64,000 bases of DNA from Candidatus Multivorans sp. (GTDB lineage: Bacteria > Acidobacteriota > Thermoanaerobaculia > Multivoradales > Multivoraceae), in the NCBI GenBank assembly GCA_965224025.1, contig OZ245033.1, positions 3,808,001 to 3,872,000 of the forward strand. Reading direction: 5' to 3'. Positions 47,127 through 56,706 of this stretch are shown here, one piece after another. Every line of letters starts with the position of its first letter. The stretch's first letter is position 1. A program made the position numbers and the translations under genes. The notes beneath the pieces were generated by a model. The model made no database searches. It was not told the DNA's origin and worked only from the letters and a program-made list of their open reading frames with translations.

Positions 47127-48038
47127 ATGTCCACCCCCGCCGCAGCCGCACAGACCACCATCCGCATCGTCGGCGCGCCGCTCGACCTCGGCCAGGCGCG
47201 CCGCGGCGTCGACCTGGGACCGACCGCGCTCCGCTACGCGGGTCTCAAGTCCGCCCTGAGGCGACTCGGCTACCGGGTCGAGGACCGGGGCAACATCGAG
47301 ACCGTCGAGCGGGACACACTGCCCGAGGAACCCGGCCTGGGTTTCCTGCAACCGGTCGTCGACGCCTGCGAGCACATCTACGAGGCCAGCCGGCAGGCGG
47401 TGGCCGAGGGCGCCGTGCCGCTGGTGCTCGGCGGCGACCACTCGATCGCCGTCGGCACCGTCGGCGGCGTCTCGCACGAGCACCGCACAGGCGTCCTCTG
47501 GATCGACGCCCACGGCGACTTCAACACCCCGGACACCTCTCCGACCGGCAACCTCCACGGCATGCCCCTCGCCGCCCTGTGCGGACACGGCGCATCGGAA
47601 CTGGTCGATGCCGGTCGCCCCGGCGCCAAGCTCCGGGCCGAGGACGTCGTCCTCTTCGGCGTCCGCGACCTCGATCCCGGCGAGCAGGCCCTGATCCAGC
47701 AGGCCGGCATCACCACCTACACGATGCGCCAGATCGACGAGCGAGGGCTGGCGCCGGTCGCCGCCGAGGCTCTCGAAGGCCTGGGCCACGTGGACCGGAT
47801 CCACGTCAGCCTGGACATGGACTCGATCGATCCCCATGAGGCCCCAGGCGTCGGCACGCAGGTGCCCGGCGGCCTGAGCTACCGCGAAGGCCACCTGCTG
47901 ATGGAACTGATCGCCGAGCACGGGAGCATCGGCTCCGTCGACGTGGTCGAAGTGAACCCGATCCTCGACACCCGCAACCAGACCGCGAAGCTCGCGCTCG
48001 GTCTGTTGAGCTCCCTCTTCGGCCGCAGCATCCTGTAA
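47127..48038 (+). CDS. rocF: Arginase
   Basis: RRGVDLGP, LGGDHSIA, WIDAHGDFNTP, GNLHGMP, SLDMDSIDP, VEVNP. Confidence 0.92.
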   Translation: MSTPAAAAQTTIRIVGAPLDLGQARRGVDLGPTALRYAGLKSALRRLGYRVEDRGNIETVERDTLPEEPGLGFLQPVVDACEHIYEASRQAVAEGAVPLVLGGDHSIAVGTVGGVSHEHRTGVLWIDAHGDFNTPDTSPTGNLHGMPLAALCGHGASELVDAGRPGAKLRAEDVVLFGVRDLDPGEQALIQQAGITTYTMRQIDERGLAPVAAEALEGLGHVDRIHVSLDMDSIDPHEAPGVGTQVPGGLSYREGHLLMELIAEHGSIGSVDVVEVNPILDTRNQTAKLALGLLSSLFGRSIL

Positions 48039-48149
48039 CGGGTACTTCTTCTACGGTGGGTAGGAGCTGACGGCTTGGCCGCGGGTTCTGTGACTCCAAC
48101 CGGCTGCGCCGCACCATCGTCGCCAAACGCGCGAATTCTGGACGTCCGA

Positions 48150-48662
48150 CGAGAACAGGCGCTACCTCAACGACATCGGCGACTTGCCTTAAAGAAGATC
48201 GTGGGGCTCTCGCAACCACTCGTTCTCGACTTCCAGGTCTCGAAAGAGCGAATGCAGGGACTCTCTGATCCTGAACAGATGGGCTATCCGATCCCGAACG
48301 TCGCGGCCGTGAAGCTCTTCGCGTCCCGTCAGCATCGCGGCCGCGTGGTCTGCGTCACCGGCACCGAAGCCGAGGAGACCAGCCAGATCTTCCCGACTCA
48401 GGCGCCAGAAGTCAGCCAGCTTCAAGGCGAACTGGATTGGACCGGCAGGCCGCGCAGGTAGTCCTGGAAGCGTGCCTTGACTCCGAGAGCTTCGCGTCTC
48501 GGGTGGCGATTCCACTGAGGATCGACTCCTGATCCGTGGATCGCGAAAGAGCCCCGCGTACTTTCCCGTCCGAGCCGAAGGCGGCCTAACGGCCCGGCCG
48601 CCGCGCACGAGAGCCCGCAAAGTCCGGCGCGCTGGTTTCGGTCGCTCCTTCTTCACGCTCAT
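48150..48662 (-). pseudogene. MbcA/ParS/Xre-type antitoxin-like gene with premature stop
   Basis: ...LFRDLEVENEWLREPHDLL*GKSPMSL: TAA interrupts the W-L-R-E-P-H...G-x-S-P motif. Confidence 0.55.
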
Positions 48663-48741
48663 GACCAAGCGCGATGGTATCCGACCCATCCGCTCGCAGC
48701 GAGGCAGAATACGGGCTTCACGTCACCACCAGGAGACCCCA

Positions 48742-49224
48742 ATGACCGACGACCAACGCCAGTACTGGCTGATGAAGAGCGAGCCGGGCGAGTACTCGAT
48801 CGACGACCTCGAACGGGACGGCACGACCTACTGGGACGGCGTGCGCAACTATCAGGCCCGCAACCTGATGCGCGACCGGATGCTGATCGGCGACGGAGTT
48901 CTCTACTACCACTCGAACGCGAAGCCGACGGCCGTGGTCGGCCTGGCTCGCGTGTGCAGCGAGTCCTACCCGGACCCGACCCAGTTCGATCCGGACGATG
49001 CTCACTACGACCCGAAGTCGGACCCCGAGAATCCCCGCTGGCACCTGGTCGACATCGAGTTCGAACGCAAGTTCGACGAGCCCGTGACCCTGGCGGAGCT
49101 ACGCCAGCGCCCCGATCTCGAAGGGATGGCCCTGCTCCGCCGGGGACAGCGGTTATCGGTGCAGCCGGTCACCGCCCGCGAGTGGCGGATCGTGTGCCAG
49201 ATAGGGGGAGTCGCCTTGGAGTAG
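48742..49224 (+). CDS. EVE domain protein
   Basis: YWLMKSEP, WDGVRNYQARN, YYHSN, RLSVQPV; AGGAG RBS. Confidence 0.92.
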   Translation: MTDDQRQYWLMKSEPGEYSIDDLERDGTTYWDGVRNYQARNLMRDRMLIGDGVLYYHSNAKPTAVVGLARVCSESYPDPTQFDPDDAHYDPKSDPENPRWHLVDIEFERKFDEPVTLAELRQRPDLEGMALLRRGQRLSVQPVTAREWRIVCQIGGVALE

Positions 49225-49232
49225 CGCCAGCG

Positions 49233-49261
49233 CCGGATGCGGGCGAGACGCCCGCGTTCCC
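49233..49261 (+). repeat. REP-like hairpin repeat (intergenic copy)
   Basis: Identical 29-mer to 7239-7267, between convergent genes. Confidence 0.8.
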
Positions 49262-49312
49262 AGGGGGCGGCTCAGTGGCCGGACGGCGTCTAAGTGGACC
49301 GCATGCGGTCAC

Positions 49313-50524
49313 TCAGTTCACGCTAGCGACACGGACGCTGCCGGAGCCCGTGTCGAGGATCACGTTCGCATCGCCGTCGCCGGCAACGAAGCGCATCTCG
49401 CCTCGCGACTTGTGCAGCGTCTTCGTGATCGGCACATCGACATCGATGCCGCCGCTGCCAACGTCGATGTCGAACCGGGCCGACAGGTCGTCCGGAACCA
49501 GCATGACGATGCCGCCAGAGCCGGTGTCGATCTCGAATCTGCCATCGCCCATCCGCTCCAGAGCCAGGTGCACTCTGCCGCTGCCCGTATCGATCACCGC
49601 GGCGTCGGCGCCCACGGATTCGACCCGCACGCTGCCGCTCCCCGTGTCGATCGTGAGCCTCTTGGCTTCCACGCCGTCCACGGTCACTCCGCCGCTGCCG
49701 GTGTCTATATCGATCGCCTCGGCCGACACCTCGGTGATCGCCACCGAGCCGCTGCCGGTGTCGATAGAGAGCGCGTCGCCTTCGAAACGGTCGAGTCGGG
49801 CTTTGCCGCTGCCGGTGTCCATAAGCAACCGGCCGCGAACGTCCTGCACCGCCAGCCCGCCGCTGCCGACCCGGATCCGCACATCGCCATCAAGGCCGGC
49901 AGCTTCCGCCATCCCGGCTCTGGTCTTCAGTTCCAGATCAGCCGCGACGTCGGACACGTCGATGTCGCCCGCTCCCAACTCGACCTCGAGCGACCGGCCC
50001 TCCGGCACGCGAATCGTCACATCGGCCCAGGCTTCCAGGCCGCTGCCGGTCCTCACGACCCGGATGCGGCGGCCGGATACGGAGCGCAGGATCTCGCCCA
50101 GCAGACTGTGGGAGCCGCTCTGCCGGCGCGACCACAGGTTCGACGAACGACGGCTGAACTCGGGATAGACGTACCGCCTCTCCTCGTCGACCGGGAACTC
50201 GACGGCCAGCCGAGCCCGCGAGCCACGCGTGTCCTGGTCGAGTCTGATGTTCTCGCGGGTGCCGTCCTCGCCGCGGACCGACACCTCCACCTCGAACTCA
50301 TCGCCGGCCGCCTGCCTGACTTCCACCTTGCCAATCAGACTGGAAACCGAGAGAGAGTCGGCGTCGAAACGGTAACTCTCGTCGAACTCACCCAACGCCG
50401 GGACGGCCAGGAATACGATTGCGCAAAGCGCGCCCATGCCCGGGCGCCCTGACGGTCTTCGCTGCCCGCGGGCCGCGGCGCGACCCGGGGAGTCCGTTGC
50501 GGTTCTCGAAGATCGGTTGGTCAT
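49313..50524 (-). CDS. DUF4097 beta-strand repeat (adhesin-like) protein
   Basis: Multiple (I/L)DTGSG repeats after a hydrophobic signal segment. Confidence 0.8.
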   Translation of the reverse strand: MTNRSSRTATDSPGRAAARGQRRPSGRPGMGALCAIVFLAVPALGEFDESYRFDADSLSVSSLIGKVEVRQAAGDEFEVEVSVRGEDGTRENIRLDQDTRGSRARLAVEFPVDEERRYVYPEFSRRSSNLWSRRQSGSHSLLGEILRSVSGRRIRVVRTGSGLEAWADVTIRVPEGRSLEVELGAGDIDVSDVAADLELKTRAGMAEAAGLDGDVRIRVGSGGLAVQDVRGRLLMDTGSGKARLDRFEGDALSIDTGSGSVAITEVSAEAIDIDTGSGGVTVDGVEAKRLTIDTGSGSVRVESVGADAAVIDTGSGRVHLALERMGDGRFEIDTGSGGIVMLVPDDLSARFDIDVGSGGIDVDVPITKTLHKSRGEMRFVAGDGDANVILDTGSGSVRVASVN

Positions 50525-50690
50525 CGGTCTCTCCTTGTTTCCGGGACTGAGAGTGGAGGCGCCCGACGCGCCCTTCACCGCTACACAACGCAAACGAGCG
50601 GGCAGGGTTTCACCGAACGCCCTCCGGCCGCTGTGCCGACTGCTATCGTCCCTTTCGTCGATCCGCGGCCCAGGAGGACGGTCCCAGACC

Positions 50691-51260
50691 ATGGCCGGCT
50701 ACAACATGAACCAGGTCCGAACCGGGCTGAAGGTACTCGAGAGCGGTGAGCCGAACGTGATCATCGCCTGCGACTTCATCAAGCCCGGCAAGGGGCAGGC
50801 GTTCACTCGCGTCAAGATGCGCAACCTGCTGAGCGGACGAGTCAACGAGAAGACGCTCAAGCCCGGCGATCTACTCGCGGGCGCCGATGTCGTCGACACG
50901 TCGATGCAGTACCTCTACAGCGACGGCGAACACTGGTTCTTCATGGACTCCGACACCTACGACCAGGTCGAAGCCGACGCACAGGCTCTCGCGGGCGACG
51001 AGCAGTGGATCAAGGAAGAGGACGTGTGCGACGTGACGCTCTGGAACGGCCATCCGATCCAGGTCAAGCCGCCGAACTTCGTGGTCCGGGAAATCGTCGA
51101 GACGGACCCCGGCCTCAAGGGCGACACGTCGAGCGGCGGCAGCAAGCCCGCCAGGCTGGAAACCGGGGCCACAGTCAAGGTGCCCCTGTTCATACAGAAC
51201 GGCGAGTCGATCCGGGTGGACACCCGCACCGGGGAGTACGTTTCCCGCGCCAAGAGCTAG
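50691..51260 (+). CDS. efp: Elongation factor P
   Basis: [43 protein letters not shown]; AGGAGG RBS. Confidence 0.96.
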   Translation: MAGYNMNQVRTGLKVLESGEPNVIIACDFIKPGKGQAFTRVKMRNLLSGRVNEKTLKPGDLLAGADVVDTSMQYLYSDGEHWFFMDSDTYDQVEADAQALAGDEQWIKEEDVCDVTLWNGHPIQVKPPNFVVREIVETDPGLKGDTSSGGSKPARLETGATVKVPLFIQNGESIRVDTRTGEYVSRAKS

Positions 51261-51279
51261 CGACCAGGGAGGCCGCCAC

Positions 51280-52266
51280 GTGACCGGCAACGACGCCGAC
51301 TGGCGCCCCACCGCTACCCCTGAAGCCCTGCGCCGACGCGCGGCGATGCTGGCCGAACTGCGCGCCTTCTTCGCCGAGCGGGGCGTACTCGAGGTCGAGA
51401 CGCCGCTCCTGAGCGCCGAGACCACACTCGACCTGCATCTGGAGAGCCTGAGCTCCGAGATCGAAGCGCCGGGTTTCCCGAAGCGCCGGATGTACCTCCA
51501 GACTTCACCCGAACTGGCGATGAAGCGGCTGCTCGCCGCGGGTTCCGATTCGATCTACCAGGTCTGCAAGGCGTTTCGCGACGGCGAGCGCGGCCGATGG
51601 CACAACCCGGAGTTCACGATCCTTGAGTGGTACCGCGTCGGTTGGGACCACCACCGGCTGACGCGAGAGGTCGTGGCTCTGATCGAGACGCTTCTCGCCG
51701 GTTCGCGGCGCCTCGAAGCAGCGTTCTACGCGAGCTACGCCGACCTGACGAAACAACACGCCGGAGTCGATCCGCACGACACGCCGACCCGAGCCCTGCG
51801 CCAGGCCGTGGAACGGTCGCCCGCACACCGGAACACCGACGGTCTCGACCGCGACGACCTGCTCTCCCGTGTGTTCGTCGACCAGGTCGAGCCCCACTTC
51901 GCACCCAACCGGGTGACCGTGGTCTTCGACTACCCGGCCTCCCAGGCCGCGATGGCCCGGCTTGGCGCCAGCGATCCGAGGACGGCAAAGCGCTTCGAGG
52001 CCTACGTGGGGCGTATCGAGCTCGCCAACGGCTACGGCGAATTGAGCGACCCGGCCGAACAACGACAGCGCCTCGACCGCGACCTGACCAGGCGCCGGAA
52101 ACTCGGCCGGCCACTGCCGCCGATGCCATCCCGGTTCCTTGCCGCCCTCGAGGTCGGTCTGCCCTGTTGCGCCGGGGTCGCCCTGGGCTTCGACCGCCTG
52201 CTCGGACTCGACCTGGGCGCCCAGAGGATCGACGAGCTCATCGCCTTCCCGGTCGAGCGCGCCTGA
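51280..52266 (+). CDS. epmA: EF-P beta-lysine ligase EpmA (GenX/PoxA)
   Basis: LEVETPLL, YLQTSPELAMKRLL, HNPEFTILEWY, IELANGY, GVALGFDRL; adjacent to efp. Confidence 0.92.
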   Translation: MTGNDADWRPTATPEALRRRAAMLAELRAFFAERGVLEVETPLLSAETTLDLHLESLSSEIEAPGFPKRRMYLQTSPELAMKRLLAAGSDSIYQVCKAFRDGERGRWHNPEFTILEWYRVGWDHHRLTREVVALIETLLAGSRRLEAAFYASYADLTKQHAGVDPHDTPTRALRQAVERSPAHRNTDGLDRDDLLSRVFVDQVEPHFAPNRVTVVFDYPASQAAMARLGASDPRTAKRFEAYVGRIELANGYGELSDPAEQRQRLDRDLTRRRKLGRPLPPMPSRFLAALEVGLPCCAGVALGFDRLLGLDLGAQRIDELIAFPVERA

Positions 52267-52276
52267 GCGCCTTCCG

Positions 52277-52894
52277 CTACGGCGCCGGCCGGCCCACGGA
52301 CACCGCGATGGCGGCGGGTCCCGGCGGCAGGACTTCCAGGAGCTCGACCGCGGGCCGCTCGTCATAGAAGATCGTCGCGAGACGCCCATACACCCGCTTC
52401 GCCGCCCCCGCGCGCGGCGCCGCGAGACCGAAGTGCCGACGAATCTCCGAATCCGGCTCGATCGCCAGCAGGCTGTGCGTACTGATCCGCCGCAACCGCC
52501 GGTGACGGATCAGGATGTGCCCGAGCGGCGATCTCTCGCTCAGAATATCGAGCCGCGCTTCGTCGGTCGCGAACCGCAGGTTGAAGAGCATGATCCCGAA
52601 CTGGACCACGGCGGTACTGCCCCGCCCCGTCTCGCCACCGGCGCCCGCAATTCGGCGAAGGAGAATCCTCCGCGCGTAGTGGTGCTGGTGGACCACCCGG
52701 TCCAGAACGACGACCTCGACCGGGCCGCGGTGGTATTGCTCAAGGGTCACCGTCATATGGCTCTCGTGAACCAGCAGACTCCGTTGCGGTTGCGGAACGG
52801 CGCTTTCCGGCACGACGGTCGACGGCGGCGAATCCCTACGGAACAGGCCGTACAGGTCGCTGATCGTGTGCGGCAACCGATCCACCTGCCTCAT
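52277..52894 (-). CDS. Hypothetical protein, possibly chorismate-lyase/UTRA-like fold
   Basis: LLVHESHMTVTLE, YARRILL, I......PLGHILI pattern; ATGA-coupled to rnd. Confidence 0.5.
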   Translation of the reverse strand: MRQVDRLPHTISDLYGLFRRDSPPSTVVPESAVPQPQRSLLVHESHMTVTLEQYHRGPVEVVVLDRVVHQHHYARRILLRRIAGAGGETGRGSTAVVQFGIMLFNLRFATDEARLDILSERSPLGHILIRHRRLRRISTHSLLAIEPDSEIRRHFGLAAPRAGAAKRVYGRLATIFYDERPAVELLEVLPPGPAAIAVSVGRPAP

Positions 52895-54132
52895 CTCACT
52901 CCCGCTCCCCGCGGTCCCGCGTTTCGGTTGCGAGCCTGTCTCACGGTACGGCCTCTCCGCGCCCGGCTACGACCACTCCCGGCCCTCTTCCCCGACTCCA
53001 GCAGGCCGGCGCCTTCGACCTCGGGCGCCAGCACGAAGCGGCGCCAACCCTCGATCTCGCCCGGCCAGGCCCAGGCCCCGCGCTCCAGACTTCGCGCCGC
53101 CCATGTCTCCAGCGTCCGCCGGGGCACGAGGGCCTCGGCCGGGAGATCGAGGTCGGCGGCAACGCGCGCAACCAGCTCCCGCAGCCCCTCCACAAGATGG
53201 CTCGACGACCGCCCACCCGAGCGCTCCAACCGCTGCGGGAGTTCGCTCTCGGGCAAGGTTGCCGCGCCTCGCACCAAGTCCAGCAGGGTCGGACCGTACC
53301 GGCGCGCCTGTCCAGGACCGATGCCCTTCACCGAGGCCACATCCTGACCGTTCCGCAGCAACCGTCTCGCGATATCGAGGACGGCCTCGTCCTTGAGTAC
53401 GAAGCCGCGGGGAAGGTCGCGCCCGCGAGCTCGCTTCTCGCGCCACTCGCAGACCGCCCGCAGAGCAGCCAGTTGACGCCGCGACATCCCCGGACGCCGT
53501 AGCCGTTGATACGACCACTCCCGGCGCAACCGCGCCTTGGAGGCGCGCAGCAGGCGGCCGAACTCCTCCTCAGCCCAAGCCTCACGACCGAGGTCCACCA
53601 GCTTCGCCTGCAACAGCTCGTGAGCGGGCAGAAGATACGCGACATCGAGGCCCGCGTAGCGCACCTGCTCCTCGCTCAGAGGCCGCCGCAACCAATTGGA
53701 CCGTTGCGCTCCCTTGGCCAGTTCGACCTCGAACAGGCTCGAGACCAGATGAACGTAGCCCAGCGAACCCCCAAGGCCGCAGAGCGTGGCCGCGACCTGA
53801 CAGTCGAACAGGTGCTCGGGAGCGAAGCCGAAGGCATGCTGGAAGATCTCCAGGTCCTCACTCGGCGAGTGGAACACCTTGGTCACCGCGGGCGACCTGA
53901 CCACCGTCGCAAGTGGAGAGCTGTCCCCGACCGCCACCATGTCTACCAGGTAGCAGCCGGACGAGTCCGCGACCTGGATCAGACCGAGCCTGGGGAAGAA
54001 GGTCCGTTCGCGGATGAACTCCGTGTCCAGACCCACCGCCGGCTCACGCAGCCAGCGGTGAGCGAGTTCGGCCAGGCGATCGTCACGGTCCACGACCTCG
54101 GGCGTCGGCGGCGGGGGAAGTCTCATCAGCAC
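52891..54132 (-). CDS. rnd: Ribonuclease D
   Basis: GLDTEFIRERTFFPRLGLIQ, DCQVAA, SNWLRRPLS..Q..YA.LDV, HRDC region. Confidence 0.9.
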   Translation of the reverse strand: MLMRLPPPPTPEVVDRDDRLAELAHRWLREPAVGLDTEFIRERTFFPRLGLIQVADSSGCYLVDMVAVGDSSPLATVVRSPAVTKVFHSPSEDLEIFQHAFGFAPEHLFDCQVAATLCGLGGSLGYVHLVSSLFEVELAKGAQRSNWLRRPLSEEQVRYAGLDVAYLLPAHELLQAKLVDLGREAWAEEEFGRLLRASKARLRREWSYQRLRRPGMSRRQLAALRAVCEWREKRARGRDLPRGFVLKDEAVLDIARRLLRNGQDVASVKGIGPGQARRYGPTLLDLVRGAATLPESELPQRLERSGGRSSSHLVEGLRELVARVAADLDLPAEALVPRRTLETWAARSLERGAWAWPGEIEGWRRFVLAPEVEGAGLLESGKRAGSGRSRARRGRTVRQARNRNAGPRGAGVR

Positions 54133-54268
54133 GCAAGCGACGGCAGGGCGACCGTCCGCCGGATGCTAGCGCCGCGACACGATCACCGCTCCCCCTCCCC
54201 CAAACGTCTTGGGCTCCAGCCCTCCTCCAACATAGAATCGATCAGCCCTCGGAGAACCGGATTCTGCC

Positions 54269-55204
54269 ATGACCTCCATGTCCGTACCCCTGATCGTCCT
54301 CGGGGGCAGCGACCGCCGCCCGGCATACATGCCTCCCGGCGGCCGCTCCAAGCATCCGCTCGCAGGCATCAAGGGCGTCGACGTGAAGATCGGCGGCAGG
54401 CCGCTTATCGAGGTCGTCATCGAGCGGATTCGCCAAGCCGGCGCATTCGACCCGATCTATGTCGCCGGGCCGGGACACGCCTACCGGTCGCTCACCGACG
54501 GGATCTCGATCGATACGGACGGCGGCTTCGGCCGAAACATCCAGGTCGGCGTCGAAACAGCCCGCCGACTGCACGGCGACGGGCCGCTGGCGATCGCCAC
54601 CTGCGACATCGTCCCGGACCCGGGCGAGATGCGGACGGTGGTCGAGGACTTCTGGGGCCACAGCCCGCTGGACTTCTTCTTCCCCATGATCGAGGCGCCG
54701 CGGAACCCCGAACGGCTCGGTGCGTCCGAGTGGAAGCCGCGATACCACGTCAAGCCCGAGGGAGCGTCCACGCCAGTACCCGTGCTGCCCGGTCATCTGG
54801 CCATGTTCGACTCCGCGGCGCTGCGCTGGAAGTTCATGTACCGGCTGATGGATCTCGCGTACCGCACTCGCAACCGCCCGATCCTCTACCGCAACACCTA
54901 CATGGCCCGACGCCTCCTGTGGATCATGCTCGTTCAGGACTTCATTCACCTGCTGAACCTCCGGCTGCCCACCTTCACCTCGGACACGCTGCTCTCCGGC
55001 ACGTGGGCCGCCCGGCGTCTCAAGGAAAAAGTCATCCAGCAGTCCGAACTCGAGCTCGCTGTTCGCCGCATGTTCATCAAGCGCCGCCACCGCCGGAAGT
55101 ACCCCGAACGCAAGGTCCGGATGCCCGTCCTCGACGCGATGTCCCTGGCCCGCGATATCGACACCCAGGAAGAAGCCGTCGCCTTCGGGGCCGTGACTGC
55201 GTGA
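54269..55204 (+). CDS. MobA-like NTP-transferase fold protein
   Basis: IVLGG, K..DVKIGGRPLIEVV, ATCD, DIDT.EE motifs. Confidence 0.6.
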   Translation: MTSMSVPLIVLGGSDRRPAYMPPGGRSKHPLAGIKGVDVKIGGRPLIEVVIERIRQAGAFDPIYVAGPGHAYRSLTDGISIDTDGGFGRNIQVGVETARRLHGDGPLAIATCDIVPDPGEMRTVVEDFWGHSPLDFFFPMIEAPRNPERLGASEWKPRYHVKPEGASTPVPVLPGHLAMFDSAALRWKFMYRLMDLAYRTRNRPILYRNTYMARRLLWIMLVQDFIHLLNLRLPTFTSDTLLSGTWAARRLKEKVIQQSELELAVRRMFIKRRHRRKYPERKVRMPVLDAMSLARDIDTQEEAVAFGAVTA

Positions 55205-56535
55205 ACGCGGGCGCCCGCGTCATCCGTACGGCCCTCCTGGCGGCGGCGCTCGGCGCGCCGCTCTCGGCCGAGCCGCACCTGGTGCTGTTCTCGGTGGATA
55301 CCCTGCGGGCGGACGCGGTCGGCGCCTACGGAGCCGAGGGTGCGACGACGCCGACGATCGACGCTCTCGCCGCCGCGGGAATGCTGTTCGAGGACGCCCA
55401 GACCACGATCGGCAAGACGGGACCCGCTTTCGCCTCGATCTTCACGTCCCTCTATCCGCCGACGCACGGCGCCCGCCGCAACGCGCAGCGGATGCGGACC
55501 GATATCCCGGTCCTCGCAGAGATCCTGGGCGAAGCGGGCTACGAGGCCGGGGCCTTCATTTCGAACTGGACGCTGCGAGCCGACCTGGTCGGCCTGGACC
55601 GGGGTTTCGACCACTACGACGAGGAGTTCGACCAGAGCCGGAACGCGGTCGGCGTCATGGAACGGAACGCCGACGACATCGCCAGGGCAGCGGAGCGCTG
55701 GCTGCGCCGCCGCGCCGGCGACGAAGAACGAAACGAACGGCCGCTGTTCCTCTGGGTCCACTTCTCCGACCCCCACAATCCCTACCTGGAGCGCGCCGGC
55801 TTCACGCCTCCACGGCCGCCGAAGGAGAAGCGAACCGCAGGCTGGCAGAAGCGCTGGCGCTACCAGTCGGAAGTGAACTACGTCGACCACTGGCTCGGCG
55901 AACTGTCCGAGGCGATCGAGGAGCTGCTGCCCGGGCCCCGCTTCACCCTGTTCCTGAGCGATCACGGCGAGAGCATGGGCGAGCACAGCTACTGGGGACA
56001 CGGCAAGAACGTCCACTGGCCGAATGCCCGCATCCCGATGATCCTCGCCGGTCCCGGACTACCACCCGGCCTCGAGATCCAGGCGCCGGTCGGCGTCATC
56101 GATGTGCTGCCGACGATCCTGGAACTGCTCGATATCGAAGCACCGGACGGTGTCGAGGGACGGAGCCTGGTTCCAACCGGAAGGGAGACGAAAGCCGTTC
56201 AGCGGCCGCGGTACGTCATCGGCGACCGCCACACCGCACTGTTCGGCAAGTCGCGCCGCAGCGCGCCATACGAGAACCCCCTGCAGATCAGCATGGAGCT
56301 CGAAGGCGCGAAGGTGCTGCATGACTTCTCGAAACGCAAGACCGTGTACTTCGACCTGACCGTCGATCCGCGCGAGGAGAAGCCGCTTTCAGAGCCCCCG
56401 GTCGATCTGGTCCCGCCCCTCGGCCGCCGTCTGGTGAACTGGTACCGCGCCTTGCCGAAGTACGAGGCCAAGAGCTCGACCGTCCTCAGCGAGGACGACA
56501 TCAGCCAGCTCAAGAGCCTCGGCTACATCGACTAG
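55201..56535 (+). CDS. Sulfatase-like (alkaline phosphatase superfamily) protein
   Basis: SVDTLRAD, TPTIDALA, FLWVHFSDPH.PY, SDHGE..GEH...GHG, QLKSLGYI; GTGA overlap with the upstream gene. Confidence 0.85.
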   Translation: MNAGARVIRTALLAAALGAPLSAEPHLVLFSVDTLRADAVGAYGAEGATTPTIDALAAAGMLFEDAQTTIGKTGPAFASIFTSLYPPTHGARRNAQRMRTDIPVLAEILGEAGYEAGAFISNWTLRADLVGLDRGFDHYDEEFDQSRNAVGVMERNADDIARAAERWLRRRAGDEERNERPLFLWVHFSDPHNPYLERAGFTPPRPPKEKRTAGWQKRWRYQSEVNYVDHWLGELSEAIEELLPGPRFTLFLSDHGESMGEHSYWGHGKNVHWPNARIPMILAGPGLPPGLEIQAPVGVIDVLPTILELLDIEAPDGVEGRSLVPTGRETKAVQRPRYVIGDRHTALFGKSRRSAPYENPLQISMELEGAKVLHDFSKRKTVYFDLTVDPREEKPLSEPPVDLVPPLGRRLVNWYRALPKYEAKSSTVLSEDDISQLKSLGYID

Positions 56536-56706
56536 CAGGCTGCGCTGCGCCTGCGCAGCGCTGACTTGCAGGGAACTGGCCGCCGACTGGGTGCGCGGGT
56601 CTTCTGACCCGCTGCCGCCGGAGGCGGCCAGAAACACGTGCCGGCCGCCCGGCCGGCTCCGCTCTGGCGGCCAGTTCCATGCATGCTCGCGCCGCTGAAC
56701 GGAGCG

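Noticed and set aside
49480-49880. Regularly spaced GCCGCTGCCGGTGTC-like repeats resembling an array
   Set aside because: They encode the DTGSG repeats of the DUF4097 protein and vary at synonymous positions; not CRISPR, and no cas genes are present.
53506-55200. 1009-aa ORF extending the sulfatase-like gene
   Set aside because: The extension overlaps rnd (antisense) and the NTP-transferase (other frame); the signal peptide starts at GTG 55201.
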